DNA of 64,000 nucleotides from Octopus sinensis (taxonomy: Eukaryota): positions 144,026,001 to 144,090,000 of the forward strand of contig NC_042999.1 in assembly GCF_006345805.1 (NCBI RefSeq). The letters run 5' to 3'. Under the pieces are notes generated by a model, which saw only the letters and a program-made list of their open reading frames with translations, searched no databases and was not told the origin of the DNA. How positions within the stretch are numbered: position 1 is the first letter of the stretch; every line of letters begins with the position of its first letter. Of this stretch, positions 42,066 to 55,400 are shown piece after piece. The translations under genes were made by a program, and so were the position numbers.

Positions 42066-42290
42066 CTTGAACTTGTTTCAGTTATTAGAGTGTGGTCATG
42101 CTGAAGCAGCGCGCTTTGAATAATTTTAGTCGAATGAATCGACCCCAGTACTTTTCCTTTTAAGCCTGGTACTAATTTTACCGATCTCTTTTGCCGAACT
42201 GCTACATTACGGGGACATAAAAACACCAATACCGGTTGTCAAGGAGTGGTGGGGGGACAAACACAGACACAAAGACACACACACACATAG
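42065..42290 (-). mobile_element. SINE-like interspersed repeat (family 3)
   Basis: Contains atcgaccccagtac..aagcctggtact, shared with SINE family 1, between (GA)n and (TACA)n tracts. Confidence 0.55.
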
Positions 42291-42375
42291 ATATACATAC
42301 ATACATACACACATACATACATGCATACATACATACATACATACATACATACATACACATACATACATACATACA

Positions 42376-42408
<33 letters not shown>

Positions 42409-42660
42409 TGAGAATAATATGGTAGACAGAATGTTGGATGATTATATATCTTTATTTACATTTTTAATGCTTTCTTTCGTTAGGTTGGTTTGTAGATATA
42501 CACTAGATCTACAAACCAAATTGTACAATTGCCTTACCTTATATTATCAGAAAATTAATTAGCACTATCAGTGAAGTCATTTTTTAATCCTTTTTCAAGT
42601 ATATCCAACTGTACCAAGGTTTTAACATTTTCCAATATACAAATGTATACATATATATAT

Positions 42661-42698
<38 letters not shown>

Positions 42699-42768
42699 GT
42701 GTGTGTGTCTGTGTGTGTGTGTGTGTGTGTATGTATATATATATATAATATATATATATGTATGTATA

Positions 42769-42808
<40 letters not shown>

Positions 42809-43145
42809 CATACATACATGCAAACATACATACATACAAACATACATGCATACATACATATGTGTATATATGTATATATATATATATACATATACATATG
42901 TGTATATATATATATATATAATATATATATATATATTAATGAAATGGATAAATGAATTATCTTGTTACGGATTATTCAAAATTTAACCGATACCTGTGTA
43001 GCAAAAATCACACCAGAAAAGACACGGTTGAGGTTACGACCATGGGGTTTCGCCCCCGTGCTTCAGCGCGGATAATTGAAGTTTTATATATTTAGTGAAG
43101 GAAGAAATGGAGCCGAACGAAGATTCTACAAAATTCCTTTTTATT

Positions 43146-43230
43146 ATTTTCTACACATGTTTCAAAGGCTGCAAATTCCCAAATTCGGATTGAATAAGGA
43201 GACCATTCTGCAGCTTTCTCTCAGGAAAAT
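43146..43230 (-). ncRNA. Hammerhead motif with a 1-nt core deletion (left arm of fold-back)
   Basis: Same as the right-arm motif but the core reads CTGAGA instead of CTGAAGA; predicted inactive. Confidence 0.65.
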
Positions 43231-43362
43231 CCAGGAATTTAAAATCTCAAAACAAATGCGCAGCAAGCTTTTCGAACAAAACGCTCCCTTACCATGGGCT
43301 CCTAGGGAGCGTTTTGTTCGAAAAGCTTGCTGCGCATTTGTTTTGAGATTTTAAATTCCTGG

Positions 43363-43448
43363 ATTTTCCTGAAGAGAAAGCTGCAGAATGGTCTCCTTAT
43401 TCAATCCGAATTTTGGAATTTGCAGCCTTTGAAACATGTGTAGAAAAT
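43363..43448 (+). ncRNA. Type I hammerhead ribozyme motif (right arm of fold-back)
   Basis: Stem I ATTTTC/GAAAAT; CTGAAGA; stem II GAAAG-CTGCA/TGCAG-CCTTT (10.1-11.1 pair is G-U); GAAA; stem III ACA-TG-TGT; GUA cleavage triplet, cut after 43442. Confidence 0.75.
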
Positions 43449-43511
43449 AATAAAAAGGAATTTTGTAGAATCTTCGTTCGGCTCCATTTCTTCCCTTCAC
43501 TAAATATATAT

Positions 43512-43596
<85 letters not shown>

Positions 43597-45662
43597 TACA
43601 TATATATACATACATACACACACATACATACATACATACATACATACATACATACATACATACATACATACATACATACATACATACATACATACCGAAA
43701 TGGGATTTAACATCTTCCAAAATAAGCAACAGTCGAATACTTGGGTCGATATAATAAAAATGTTGTATCCCTACCTTCCAAGAAATAATTGAGGCTAATA
43801 CCAGTTGCTGGATACCTCTGATCATCGAACGGTCATGCATTTGATTATGTACACTAAACCATGACAAATTACTACGACTAGAACTACTACCATTGATAGC
43901 GACAGCAGCAGCAGCAGCAGTAGCAGTAGTAGTGGTAGTAGTAGTAGTTGTTATTTTTGTTGTTGTCGTTATTATAAAATTTATGCACACTTAGGAGAAA
44001 TTACATAAAACTAGCGACTATGAATAATCTATGCCGGATAATAGTACGTGTGCGTATGCACGCGCGCGTGTATGTGCGTGTGTGTGCGTGTGCGTGCGCG
44101 TGCGTACGTGCGTGCGTGTGTATGTGTGTGTGTCATTATTCAATTTCATGATTTCTTGCCGACAGAGAAAGAGCTAGTTTTTAACCTAGATCCAAGACTC
44201 CGTCATTAGAATTTCAACATCAATAGGGTATTTTTGCAAGTATGTGTGTAAATGTGCAGTATTGGGAGTCAGTGCATGTGCAGATTTGTATGTTTTGTTT
44301 TATGTATGTATTCTCATGTATAGTTGCAAGTCTAGACATGCATATGCATACTTATATAATAAAATTCTAGAAAGTTTTACAAATATTTACAGTTCCAGTA
44401 GTCTTCGAATCAGTTTTCTCTTTTCTGGTTTTGAGAAATCTTATTTCTGAAGATTTACTTAGGCAGTGTGTTACACATTCCAGTGTCCCATTAATTATAG
44501 GTATAAACCTGAGTAGAGTAACTGTAGATTTCTCAATAGTTCAGTATAGGTATTTTCTTTTTTGCTGATCTTTAGCTTATGTTAACATCCGCTGGGCAGC
44601 TGATCTCCAGTACTGTACACTGTTTCTCTTCCATGCCCCAGATCACTATATCAGGTTTATTATGTTAACATTTTATTGAGGTTTTCACTGAGACATCCCA
44701 CCTGTACTCCTTCTTATGAGTGCCTATGATCTCTACCATAATGTGAATTCTTATTTCTTTGGCCTCAGGGTTATTCTTACGACGGATCTCATTATACAGT
44801 GTCTTGGCTACATCAAGTCTTATCGGTACATAATACCACAATATTTCCGGACAACTGCTTATGTTAACTCCAGAAAGTCTGCATCGGTTATCACGTTTTG
44901 ATGCTTATCTTGCGTATTTGTCCCTTTTGTGCATCAAGTATATGGTTAATATTTCCTGGTCCTGGATTACAAACGCATACCCTTCAAAGTGAGAGTTAGT
45001 AATCTGGTTGTTGGTCCATGATAGACTACTTTTATGATCAATGTTACTGTAATTCTGAAGCTTTCTGCTAATATATTCATGCATAGTCTTCTGATATGTT
45101 GCGGTAGAGTCATGCGACTTCTATGGGCATGTGTACAAGGTTATAAAACAATGAATATTGTTCATGGAGCTGCTTTCCAAATCTCATGATGTTATCTGCC
45201 CCATGTATGCAAACTTAGCTAAAAGATGCACTTCAACATTTGGTGCTTAAAAGATTTTACCGACGGGATATGATATAACATTCAAAGACAGTCTGCCCCT
45301 TGTTTTATTTTAGGTAGAGACGGTCTACGTCGCTGTTGATGTGAAAATTATTTGTACTGTTCCTCTATGTATGCATGTATGGATGGATGGATGGATGGAT
45401 GTGGTTGCAAACTGTTTTCTCTCTGTAAATTCTCCTGTAATAAGTGATATAGAAGACAGATTTTTCAATAATTGTTGGCTCTTTCAAACAAAAGGAAAGA
45501 TAATTTCATGAATTCAAAGTTAAATCTCCCAAAGATAATTTACATACTCAATGGATATGAAGTCTGATTTTATTTACAGGAAGTTGTGGACATGTTTCGA
45601 ATATTTGAACTCATTAGCATAGTATAAGGTATTGAAGCCTGCCTAATTAGTTGACAAGGTTT

Positions 45663-45738
<76 letters not shown>

Positions 45739-45826
45739 ATGTATATATGTATGTATGTATGTATGTATGCATGCATGTAATGTGAACAGCACATCGACGT
45801 AATCTTTATTTTGTTGTTATTAACAG

Positions 45827-45892
45827 AACTTCATTTTAAAATACAAATTCGCCAATGCCCACGTGGATGAACTCTGGCAGACTTTCACAGAG
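45827..45892 (+). CDS. M1 aminopeptidase exon F (66 nt)
   Basis: ttaacag acceptor, GAG|gtgagt donor. Encodes NFILKYKFANAHVDELWQTFTE, matching the M1 pattern xYLxKYxFxNAxxxDLW; phase 0 fits exon E. Not in the ORF track. Confidence 0.9.
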
Positions 45893-45932
45893 GTGAGTAA
45901 AAATATACTTTTGATTAATGTTTCTGTGTTAT

Positions 45933-45977
<45 letters not shown>

Positions 45978-45984
45978 AAAGCAC

Positions 45985-47830
45985 TGGTATTAGTGATTTA
46001 GTGATGGTGCTGGTCATGTTAGTGTTGGTGTAGTCATTGATGAACGGGATATTGGTCATGGTTATGTTTCTATAAATGATTGTACTGATAGTAACAACGG
46101 CATTAATAATAGTGAACTGCTTTGGTGACGATGGTGGTGGGGCGGCTGCGGCGGCGGTGGTGGCACTGGTGGTGGTAACATTATTGTTATTGGTGACGGT
46201 GTTGTTAGTGTAGGTGGTGGCGATGGTATTGGTGGCAGTATTGTCATAGTTGATTGTGGTATTGGTATTTATGGAGGTGAAGCTATTGATGGTAATGCGT
46301 CTATTGATAATGGTGTTCGTATTGGTAGTGATGATTTTATTAGTGGTGGATAAGTTAGTTCTTGTGGTGGTGATGTTGGTATTGATGATTGTAATTTGAT
46401 ATTGGTATTGATGGCCGAGGTGATGATATTGGTGATGGTAGTTAATGTAATACCAACAACACCATAAGTAATACCAACACCAGAACTATCAACGGCATTA
46501 TTATCACCAATAAAACCCACATCACCAATACCATTACCACTAAAACCAATACTTTTACTATCAAAACTGCCATCACTACTACAAATGTCATCACCAACAT
46601 CACCAATAACAATATTACCGGCACCAATACAAACGTTATCACCAATATCATCAACCATAATGAATATCAACGTAACCATCACCAATACCATCTCTACTAA
46701 CACATTCAATATCGTTAATAACAATACCCCATCAGCAATATCATTAACACCATTGCCAGTACTAACATCATCATCAACAATGCCGATATCAACATCACCA
46801 TCACCTATAACAATACCACCAACGACACCAATTCACCAATGCCACCATTACCAGCACTATTATCACCAGTACCAGTACCTTCATTACCGGTACCATACAT
46901 TAACTACTGTTACCACTAGTATGCAAGTATGGTTGGCGTATTGGCATTAGACAACCATACTGGTGGTGTGGTGGTGGTGGTGGTGGTTATAGTGAAGTTA
47001 TTTGTAAAAGGAGTAATGGGGTTAATTGTAGTAATGTTGGTGATGGTGGTAAAGTTCTTAATAGTATGAATGGCAGTGATAGTGATTTTATTTGCAACAT
47101 CGGTGTTTGTGTAGGTAATATGATGTTGATATTAGTGATGTTTGTAATAGTATTGATGATCGGGCTGCTGTTGTCGTTTTGGCAGTGATGGTATTGGTAT
47201 TGATGATGATATTAGTGGTGGTAAAGATGGCATTTGAGGCATTAATGGTGGCGATAGTGGTGATGGTAGAAATGGAACTTCTGACAGTAGTACTGGCATT
47301 TGTGATTGTGGTATTAATGTTGGTATTGGTTATAATGGTCATGATACTGGTGATGATGCTGTAGTACTGATTACGGATGTGTTTTTCGTGATAATTTATA
47401 TGATTGTATTACTTATGTTGGTGTAGGTGTTAGTGTTGATAGTATTGACGATGGTAGTAATAGTATTGGTGATAGTGATGATATTGGTAAGGGTGGGTAA
47501 TCATAATACCACTGAGTATAGTGCTAATATTAGTGATAGCGGTGAGGATATTTGTGACGGACGTTATTAATAATGATGACATTGGTGACAGTGATGCTGA
47601 TGTTGATGATGGTGCTGATAGTACCGATAAGAGTGACATTATTGGTTGTAGTGATTGTATTAGTGATGGTCATCATAGCACTGGTGATGGTGGTGCCGCC
47701 TAATGCGCTGAGAAGCGTAGCAGGAACTAAAGCTTAAAAAGAAGTGCTATTACTGGTACTGGTGATGGTAGTAAGAATATTGTTGATGAAAGTAATGGTT
47801 TTGGTGATTGTGTTGGTTGCTGTTGTTGTT
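45985..47830. repeat. Cryptic (GGT/GAT/GTT)n trinucleotide tract with an internal inverted segment
   Basis: G/T-rich at 45985-46445, C/A-rich at ~46446-46925, G/T-rich again to ~47830. Confidence 0.85.
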
Positions 47831-50710
47831 ATTGATGCTGGTGTTGCGATTTTGATTTTATTGATCTAACAGTTGCACTAATGTTATCCTAATTTTGAAA
47901 TGATCAGAAAGCTCAACCTGGATATATAAATTATTAAATTGTGTTGTTAATCAAAAGGTCGGATATTTGAATCCTATGATTTATGCCGCTTACTGTGTGT
48001 ATTACTAATACGCTTAACTCCTGCAAGCTTCGTAGCTACTGTGGTGCAGTTAACGATGTAAATTTCAGGAATGCTATATAATTAAAGAATGTTTCATCAA
48101 ATTGTTGAATTGATTTCAATTATACACGTAAATTTTGGATAATGAGTAGGGATCGCTTAATAGAAGACAGCGTATCAGGTACAAAGATCTGTCGGTTTTC
48201 ACACTATCACTGCTAATGTGTAATATCTGCGAACAAGGCACATAACTCATAAGTTCTAATTAGAATTGTTGACTAATATTGTAAAGCGCAGGAAGTGGCA
48301 GTTGTATAGTAATATTTACGAGCGTCTATTGGGCACATATTACTGAGGGTAAGGCCATCTTAATATGTGCCATTAGTAATATGTGCCCTTCTTTAGGAGA
48401 AACGGAGACGTCAATCAAGCAAAGCAACCTTCATAAAATATGCATTTTAGCAGGAACTAATGACATATGGTTGTATATGTATAGTGATGTTTTTGGAAGA
48501 TAGAAAACCGTATAAGGTGGAATGAAAATATTTATGGATGGCTGGATGGCTGGATGGATGGATGATGAATAAATATATGTATAAGTATGTGTGCGTGAGT
48601 AAATACCTTCCAATCCCTGATAGGCTTTAAAAAGTTGGTGCAAGGTACTCAGCCTCACATGCAACGCTATTTAATACTAATAACCCTAGTGCTACAGGTA
48701 TAATGCAACACAAGAACTACTTGTCTTATAATCGAGTGGTCAGTAACTGAACTTCCGCCACCACCTAGTTTACTAGGTGAGAAGTTTATGATCTAAAATA
48801 TGTCAAAAGAGGAAAAGGACTATCGCGAAGAAAGCAACAGTCAATCATATTTGGAGAGATAGCCACAATCAGGTTACTTGTATACTGAAACACACATTGC
48901 TGTATTCCAACAAGTCATCTTAGGTTATGGTTTTTAGTTGGATTGAGTGAATGTTTCGGGTGCTATAATGCGCCAAGTCGGGGCTTCTCTCTATTTAAGA
49001 ATGAAAATGTATATGAAAAGTGATTTGTTAGATCAACGTCCCTCTCTTTTTCACTTAAAAATAGGCATTTTCCAGCAACAACAGTTGGTCTCAACTTCAG
49101 CAATATGAGTTTATTCAGCATATACATTCACTTGCATAAGTCGACATAGTGTTTAGTGCCAACTCGTGCACCTTGGGTTCTTATTATTCTGAACTTCTTT
49201 CTGAAAAAGCTCCAACTTCTGCTCCAATTTCAGTCTAAAAAATCATAATCTGCATTTTATGTATAATTCCTTCTCTTCACAATTCAGTTATCTCTTAATT
49301 GGATAACACCAGCAAAGACTTCAAGTTGTTCTGGCTTAAATGTGACTTCCACAATTCTCTGTGTTCGCATGCTGTCTCTATCACTCCCCAAATTTCTTCA
49401 ATTGCCAGTTGTTTGACTATCCCACGAGCCACACTTAACACAATTATCTTAAATCTTCTATACTGAAGTCATCGTTTTCGGTTATTCTATGCACACAACC
49501 TTCTTGGCTTTTGTACTCCTACAACGAAACCGTTGACACATAGAACGGTCGTTTCGTTTGCTATTGTAAATTATCTGCATCATTCAGTATCCTCATATTT
49601 TTGATCGACAACTAACTTTCCAAAGGCTTTTTACCTATTGCTCACTTTCAGCTCCAATTGTCATAGTTTCTGTTCTCGACAGATCGTCTGACCCCCTGCC
49701 TAATAAAGACACGTCACACATCTAACTTCTAAACAACCTTTGGAAAAAATGTTAATACTTCAGATCACTGTGCATAACTTCAAGTAACCAATTTGAAACT
49801 GATGTGTTTGCACACTGCGTTTCTCACACAAAACCCACAACCTTAGAACCCTAAGTTATTGTTCCAAGTAATTCACTTACTGCAAAGTAAATCGGGAAAG
49901 CAAAAGATCTCTTCGTGTATCACATATCTCGAAAAGTCTCTCACTTCCCAAATTCCAACACAGCTTTCTGATCTATTTCCAAAATATCTATGAAATTTTC
50001 AGAATCCTCCAATCTGCAGTTCAAACTGAGCATCAACTGCGTTGGTGCCTACAATATAGGGAACCATACAAATGCAATGAGAACTGCCCCTCCACTTTGG
50101 CTACTTTATTTTATTTTTAAATTTGCTGCTAAAAACATTCCTAAAGTTCTAGACAGGTAAGTGGATTGAGATGATCTAGCAAAGATATTGGAGTTTTCAG
50201 AAATTTATCGAAACACATGCTGTATCTAACTTCTCGCCCTCTACACTGGAAGTCCAACTCTTTTACTTCAACACTACTTCTAGCCAATATCAGAAATATT
50301 AACTTTTTAACAAACTATAGATTTGTCATACATTCTATTATTCTCGTTCCTTTTAACAGGCAAATTAAAAAGCATTAAAATATATTTAATTGGAAATAAA
50401 AGATATGTTGGAGACAAGAGTTATTGGTATATTTCATATATGCATGAGGTAGGGAAGACTGCATTATGCGTATGATTTTGTATAACATTGTTATACACTT
50501 GAAAGGGTTGGTGAAATTACTTATTCGATTTGCTACGAAATTACCTCTGTTATATCTTGCCTATGTTACGATAAAAATATATCAGTAGTTCCAAACAGAA
50601 ATTGCAACACAGATTAAAAGGTGCAAAAAAGCAAACTATGTGATATCCTAAATGAAATGAATTATCACTAGTTTATCCGAGACGTAGACGCCGTCATATT
50701 TTATTATTTG

Positions 50711-50925
50711 GGGCGAGTTGGCAGAATCATTAGAACGCCGGGCAAATGCTTAGCGGCATTTCGTCCGCCCTAACGTTCTGAGTTCAAATTCTGCCGAGGC
50801 CATCTTTGCCTTTCATCCTTTCAGAGTTGACAAACTAAGTACCAGTTATGCAATGGGGTCGATATAATCGACTAGCGCCATTCCCCTAAAATTTCAGGCT
50901 TTGTGTCTATAGTAGAAATGAAAAT
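50711..50925 (+). mobile_element. tRNA-derived SINE (family 1)
   Basis: GGCGAGTTGGCAGAATC (A-box-like) ... GAGTTCAAATTC (B-box-like), with an A-rich tail. Confidence 0.8.
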
Positions 50926-51837
50926 TTGGCCATATATCTATGTTTTTAAAATGAACAAGGTTTGCATTTAGGAAAAACAAATTTGGAAGAATCTGTAAGC
51001 AAACACTATACCCAAATTATCTTTAAGCTATGAACAATAAAGAAGGACTTGGTTGTGGGCCCCTAAAAATATCCTCTATATGGCATGTTTCCTTGTCCTG
51101 GTAAAAGTCGTATACACTTATACATTTACCATCATAGGCAGCATATGTAACATTTATTATTAACAGTAAAAATAACATCGGCAAATCAGGTTCTAAAAAT
51201 ATAGACTATAAACTGTCTCTGAAAATAATTGCGGTTACTATATGTCTCTGGTATGTCTGATAGCATATACAATAAAATTGAGGTAAACCACGCCTTTATA
51301 TAATTGATGAGAGACAAAATCCAAGACTATTCGTTAGCAGTCATCGTCAAACTGTTGCTTTTTATATTTGAGGTAAAGATGTTTTCATTTGTTTAAGCAT
51401 TGCTTATGTTATTGTTGCTGTTATTATTGTTGATGTTGCTGCTACTGTTGCTGTTGCTGTTGTTCTTGTTCATGTTGTTGCTGTTGTTGTTCTTGTTGGG
51501 CTAACACGTAGATGAAAATATAATTCTAGTATCTCTCAGTATGTTTATGTGTATATATTTATACGTATGTTTGAGCACGTTTGTGAATTTGTGAATGTAA
51601 AAGTGTCTATATGTGATCGTGAATGTGTACGTCAAAAAGGAAGCATTCAGTGCAGAATGAAGACTGTTTAAAAATAACGCTACAACATCTACAGATGCAG
51701 TCTGACGATTCATAAACTAGCATGATAAAGGAAGGGTATGAAAGGAAAGAGTGGGATTTCAAGGAAAAGTGGTAAGAGGATGTTTGTCGTCCGTGTGATT
51801 GTGTCTGCATACACACTGAAAGTCAGATATATATAGA

Positions 51838-51880
<43 letters not shown>

Positions 51881-52199
51881 TTATGCGCATATATACATAC
51901 ACATATTATATATATGCATGTATGTATGTATGTATGTATGTATGTATGTATGTATGTATGTATATGTAAGTATATACATACACACAAATACATATATACA
52001 TACGTACGTATATACATACATATACATATTACATATAGATTATATGCATGCATTTACACATATATAGATATATATACATATGTATGCATGTATGTATCTA
52101 TGCAAATACCTGAGTGTGTATCTATGTGCGTATGCGTGTACGCGTATATGCGTGTGTTTATGTGTACCTGTGTGTGTAAGTGTGTGTATATGTATATGG

Positions 52200-52237
<38 letters not shown>

Positions 52238-52371
52238 TTTATTTTAAGCAGCAGAAAATTCAACAAAATCTGTTACTTGAATTTTCTGGTGCTTAAAATA
52301 AAGCATATTACTCTACCACTGGTATTTGAGTACTCTTTTTCCACCTTGTTTCACATTTATGTGTTTACTCC

Positions 52372-52471
<100 letters not shown>

Positions 52472-52909
52472 CATGCATGTATGTATATAGATAGATAGAT
52501 TGATACATACATATACTTAAATGCGTACACATGCTTACAATCACACACTCACACGTATATGTACGCAAACACACGCGCACATATACATACGCGCGCTGTC
52601 ACACACTTGTACACAGACATACGTATATGTAAAGAGGAATGATGGTGAGGTTCGGATGTTTGCTTTGTAATTACATGGTTTCAGGTCCAATCACCTAGCA
52701 CAACACCATGAGAAAGTATCTTTTATTATTGCTCCGTGCCGACCACTTGTGAAAGATTTTGTTAAATACAAAACTACGTGGAAGGTCGTCGTATATATTA
52801 TATGCTGCATATAAATGTGTGTCCGTATTCATGTATATATGTATATACAAACATACATATATACTACTTACACACACACACACACGCACACACACACACA
52901 CACACACAC

Positions 52910-52995
<86 letters not shown>

Positions 52996-53136
52996 ATACA
53001 TATATATATATATATAATTCATATAAAAATACAGTGTACATTTAAACACATAAGAAATGGCCATAACAGGACATCTGACTCGCTAGAAAGAGTAGTTAAA
53101 CTCTAAACTGCTATTCGGGGTAATTTCGAAAGGGAA

Positions 53137-53171
<35 letters not shown>

Positions 53172-53559
53172 ACACACGGCAACGCACATGCACGTATGTT
53201 TATACATGTGTGGTATAAGAGAGAGAAAGAAAACGTAAATATATTCAAACTGGCTATACTTTCTCACAGCTTGATCCTCTACGGTCTTCAATGGTATGAA
53301 ACTTGAGAAATTCAATTTAAATACATGATTCAATTAAAAACAAATACTCTTCTTTTCCTTTGACAAACGAAAGCATTTCCCGAGTGCGCGCGTGCGTGTG
53401 CATGTGGATGCGTGTGCGTGCATGCAAGTGCGCGCGTGCGTGTGCGTGTGCATGCGTGTGCGTGCATGCGTGTGCGTGCATGCGTGTGTGTGCATGCGTA
53501 TGTGTGTGTGTGTATATGTGTGTGTGCATGTGTGCACACCGCTGCCCCCAAGGCAAACA

Positions 53560-55400
53560 TCTCACTAAGTCTACTGTTAGATATCAGAGGCCGCTTACAA
53601 ATCAACTGTAAATGAAAAAAGTCTTCTCCAAGGAAAAGCCTTCTACGAGGCTGACTGGAAGACAATTGAAAATAGGAGACCCTCCAGCAAAATTGAACCA
53701 AAAGTTTCTCTATGCAAGGAATTGATATGAAGCTCCATGTATTCATTTCAATAATGCGATCCATATGCATTAAATTCAACCCAGAAAGGCGAGTCATTAT
53801 ACACAAAAATATTATTCCCCTAGACAAGAGAGTCCATACCCGACAGAGATTAATGATCTTAGATCGCTTAAACAAACAGTTCAATAACAACGAAAAATCT
53901 CTCCACTCCAAAAAGAAAAACCAGGGCGATTGAAAGTATAAAAAGTAATTACAAGGCCTTCTACAAATTTGCAAATGAATCTCCCTTGGTACATTTCGAG
54001 ATACGGACACTGTAGAAAACGACTCACTAACTACAGACCCTGTGAGGGTAAATGAAATACTAAATAAACAATTCCAAAGTGTTCTCACCTCCACCACTGG
54101 GAGATATGCAAATAAGCTTGTCCAGTGAGGTCTTCAACACCACAGATCTACACGAGAAAGCTGCAACTATCAATTATCGGCATAAAAGAAGATGTAATAT
54201 CGGCCATTTATGAGATGAACTCGAACTGGATAACGGGTCCAGATTAATTTCCAGCTGATCTTTTAAATGCATGCAAAGAAACTCTCGCAAAACAACTGCA
54301 CATACTTCTTCAGATTTCCTTAAATGTGGCAAACTTCCTAAAATGTTCAAAATATAATATGTCCTGTCCATAAAGGAGGAAGCAGAGCAGACGCTAAAAA
54401 TCATAGGCCCATCTCTCTGTCCTTACATGTTAGTTGAGTCATGGAACGATTGTCAGAAGGAGGTTCATCACTTTCCTAAAAAACAGCTTTCTCACAAACA
54501 TGCAACATGGATTCCCTCCAAGAAAAGCTACCTCACACAGCTACTATAGCATTTCAGCAGGATTTTGAAACAACAGCTCAGCCACCAAATTTGAATGTGA
54601 TATATCTTGATTTTGACAAGGCCTTCCACAAAGTTGACAATGGAATGATATGCCAAAAATTGCGTAACTTTAATATTACTGAAAAACTAGGAAAATGGCT
54701 GCATGATACTTTAAAAGGGAGAAGTCAAGCAAATGCACCCAATATGTCTCTCCCTAAAGCGACAAGAATTCTCAGCGAAGTCTCTCAGGGAACTCTACTA
54801 GGACCACTACTCTATATTTGTGGTTCTCTTAGACGTACCATCAGTCATATAGTCAACCACTCACCAGCTATGCCGATGATACAAAAGTATTGCAGAAAGT
54901 GAAGGACCTTGAGAACACTTTAAAACTACAGAAAGACCTGAATGGGCTGAGAAAAATAACATTGGAGTTCAATACTGAGAAGTTACAGTACACTACTATC
55001 GGTCCACAAACAGATTGCAATCGGAATACAAAAAAAAACAAGAAAATAGTGTAACTCCAGTCAATATATGACCTGAGAATCCACATGAATAATGATGCAG
55101 TATTCCATGTGCATATTACTAAGATTGCAACACTGTGCATGCGAGTGGCTGACTGGCTTCTGAGATCATTCAGGATAAGGGAAAAGGATATCATGCTACT
55201 CCTATGGAGAAAATTTGTCCTCAGTCGCCTAGAGCATTGCTCAAAACTGTGGTCACCAAAATGCGTCAAACTGACAGTGGAGCTCGAGGCAATCTAACGT
55301 CGCTTTACAAAGAAGATTGATTCGGTGCAACAGATGAGCTCCTGGGAAAAGCCAAAAGAAAAGAGACCCGATTTCCTAGAGAGACGATACGAAAGATATA
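53560..55400 (+). mobile_element. Degenerate CR1-clade LINE (RT region)
   Basis: KAFYKFA, TGPD.FPA.LLK, NHRPISL, QHGF, YLDFDKAFHKVD, QGTLLGPLL, SYADDTK, FVLSRLEHCS.LWSP; many disablements. Confidence 0.88.

Larger units (their letters stand above)
43085..43510. mobile_element. Fold-back (inverted) pair of Penelope-like 3' ends (pseudo-LTR type) within TA-rich microsatellite
   Basis: Arms 43085-43289 and 43304-43510 are reverse complements with 3 differences and a 14-nt spacer; they are homologous to 61161-61380, the 3' end of the Penelope-like element. Confidence 0.85.

Noticed and set aside
43030-43075. Minus-strand CTGAAGC...GAAA-CC-CCAT-GG-TC next to the fold-back
   Set aside because: A9 is missing, stem II cannot pair and stem I is not complementary; only a simple GGGG/CCCC hairpin is supported.
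49000-50350. Possible degraded LINE ORF1/ORF2 on the minus strand (similar hints at 44400-45400 and 55640-56000)
   Set aside because: Composition suggests old retroelements, but no diagnostic motif could be read, so they were not annotated.
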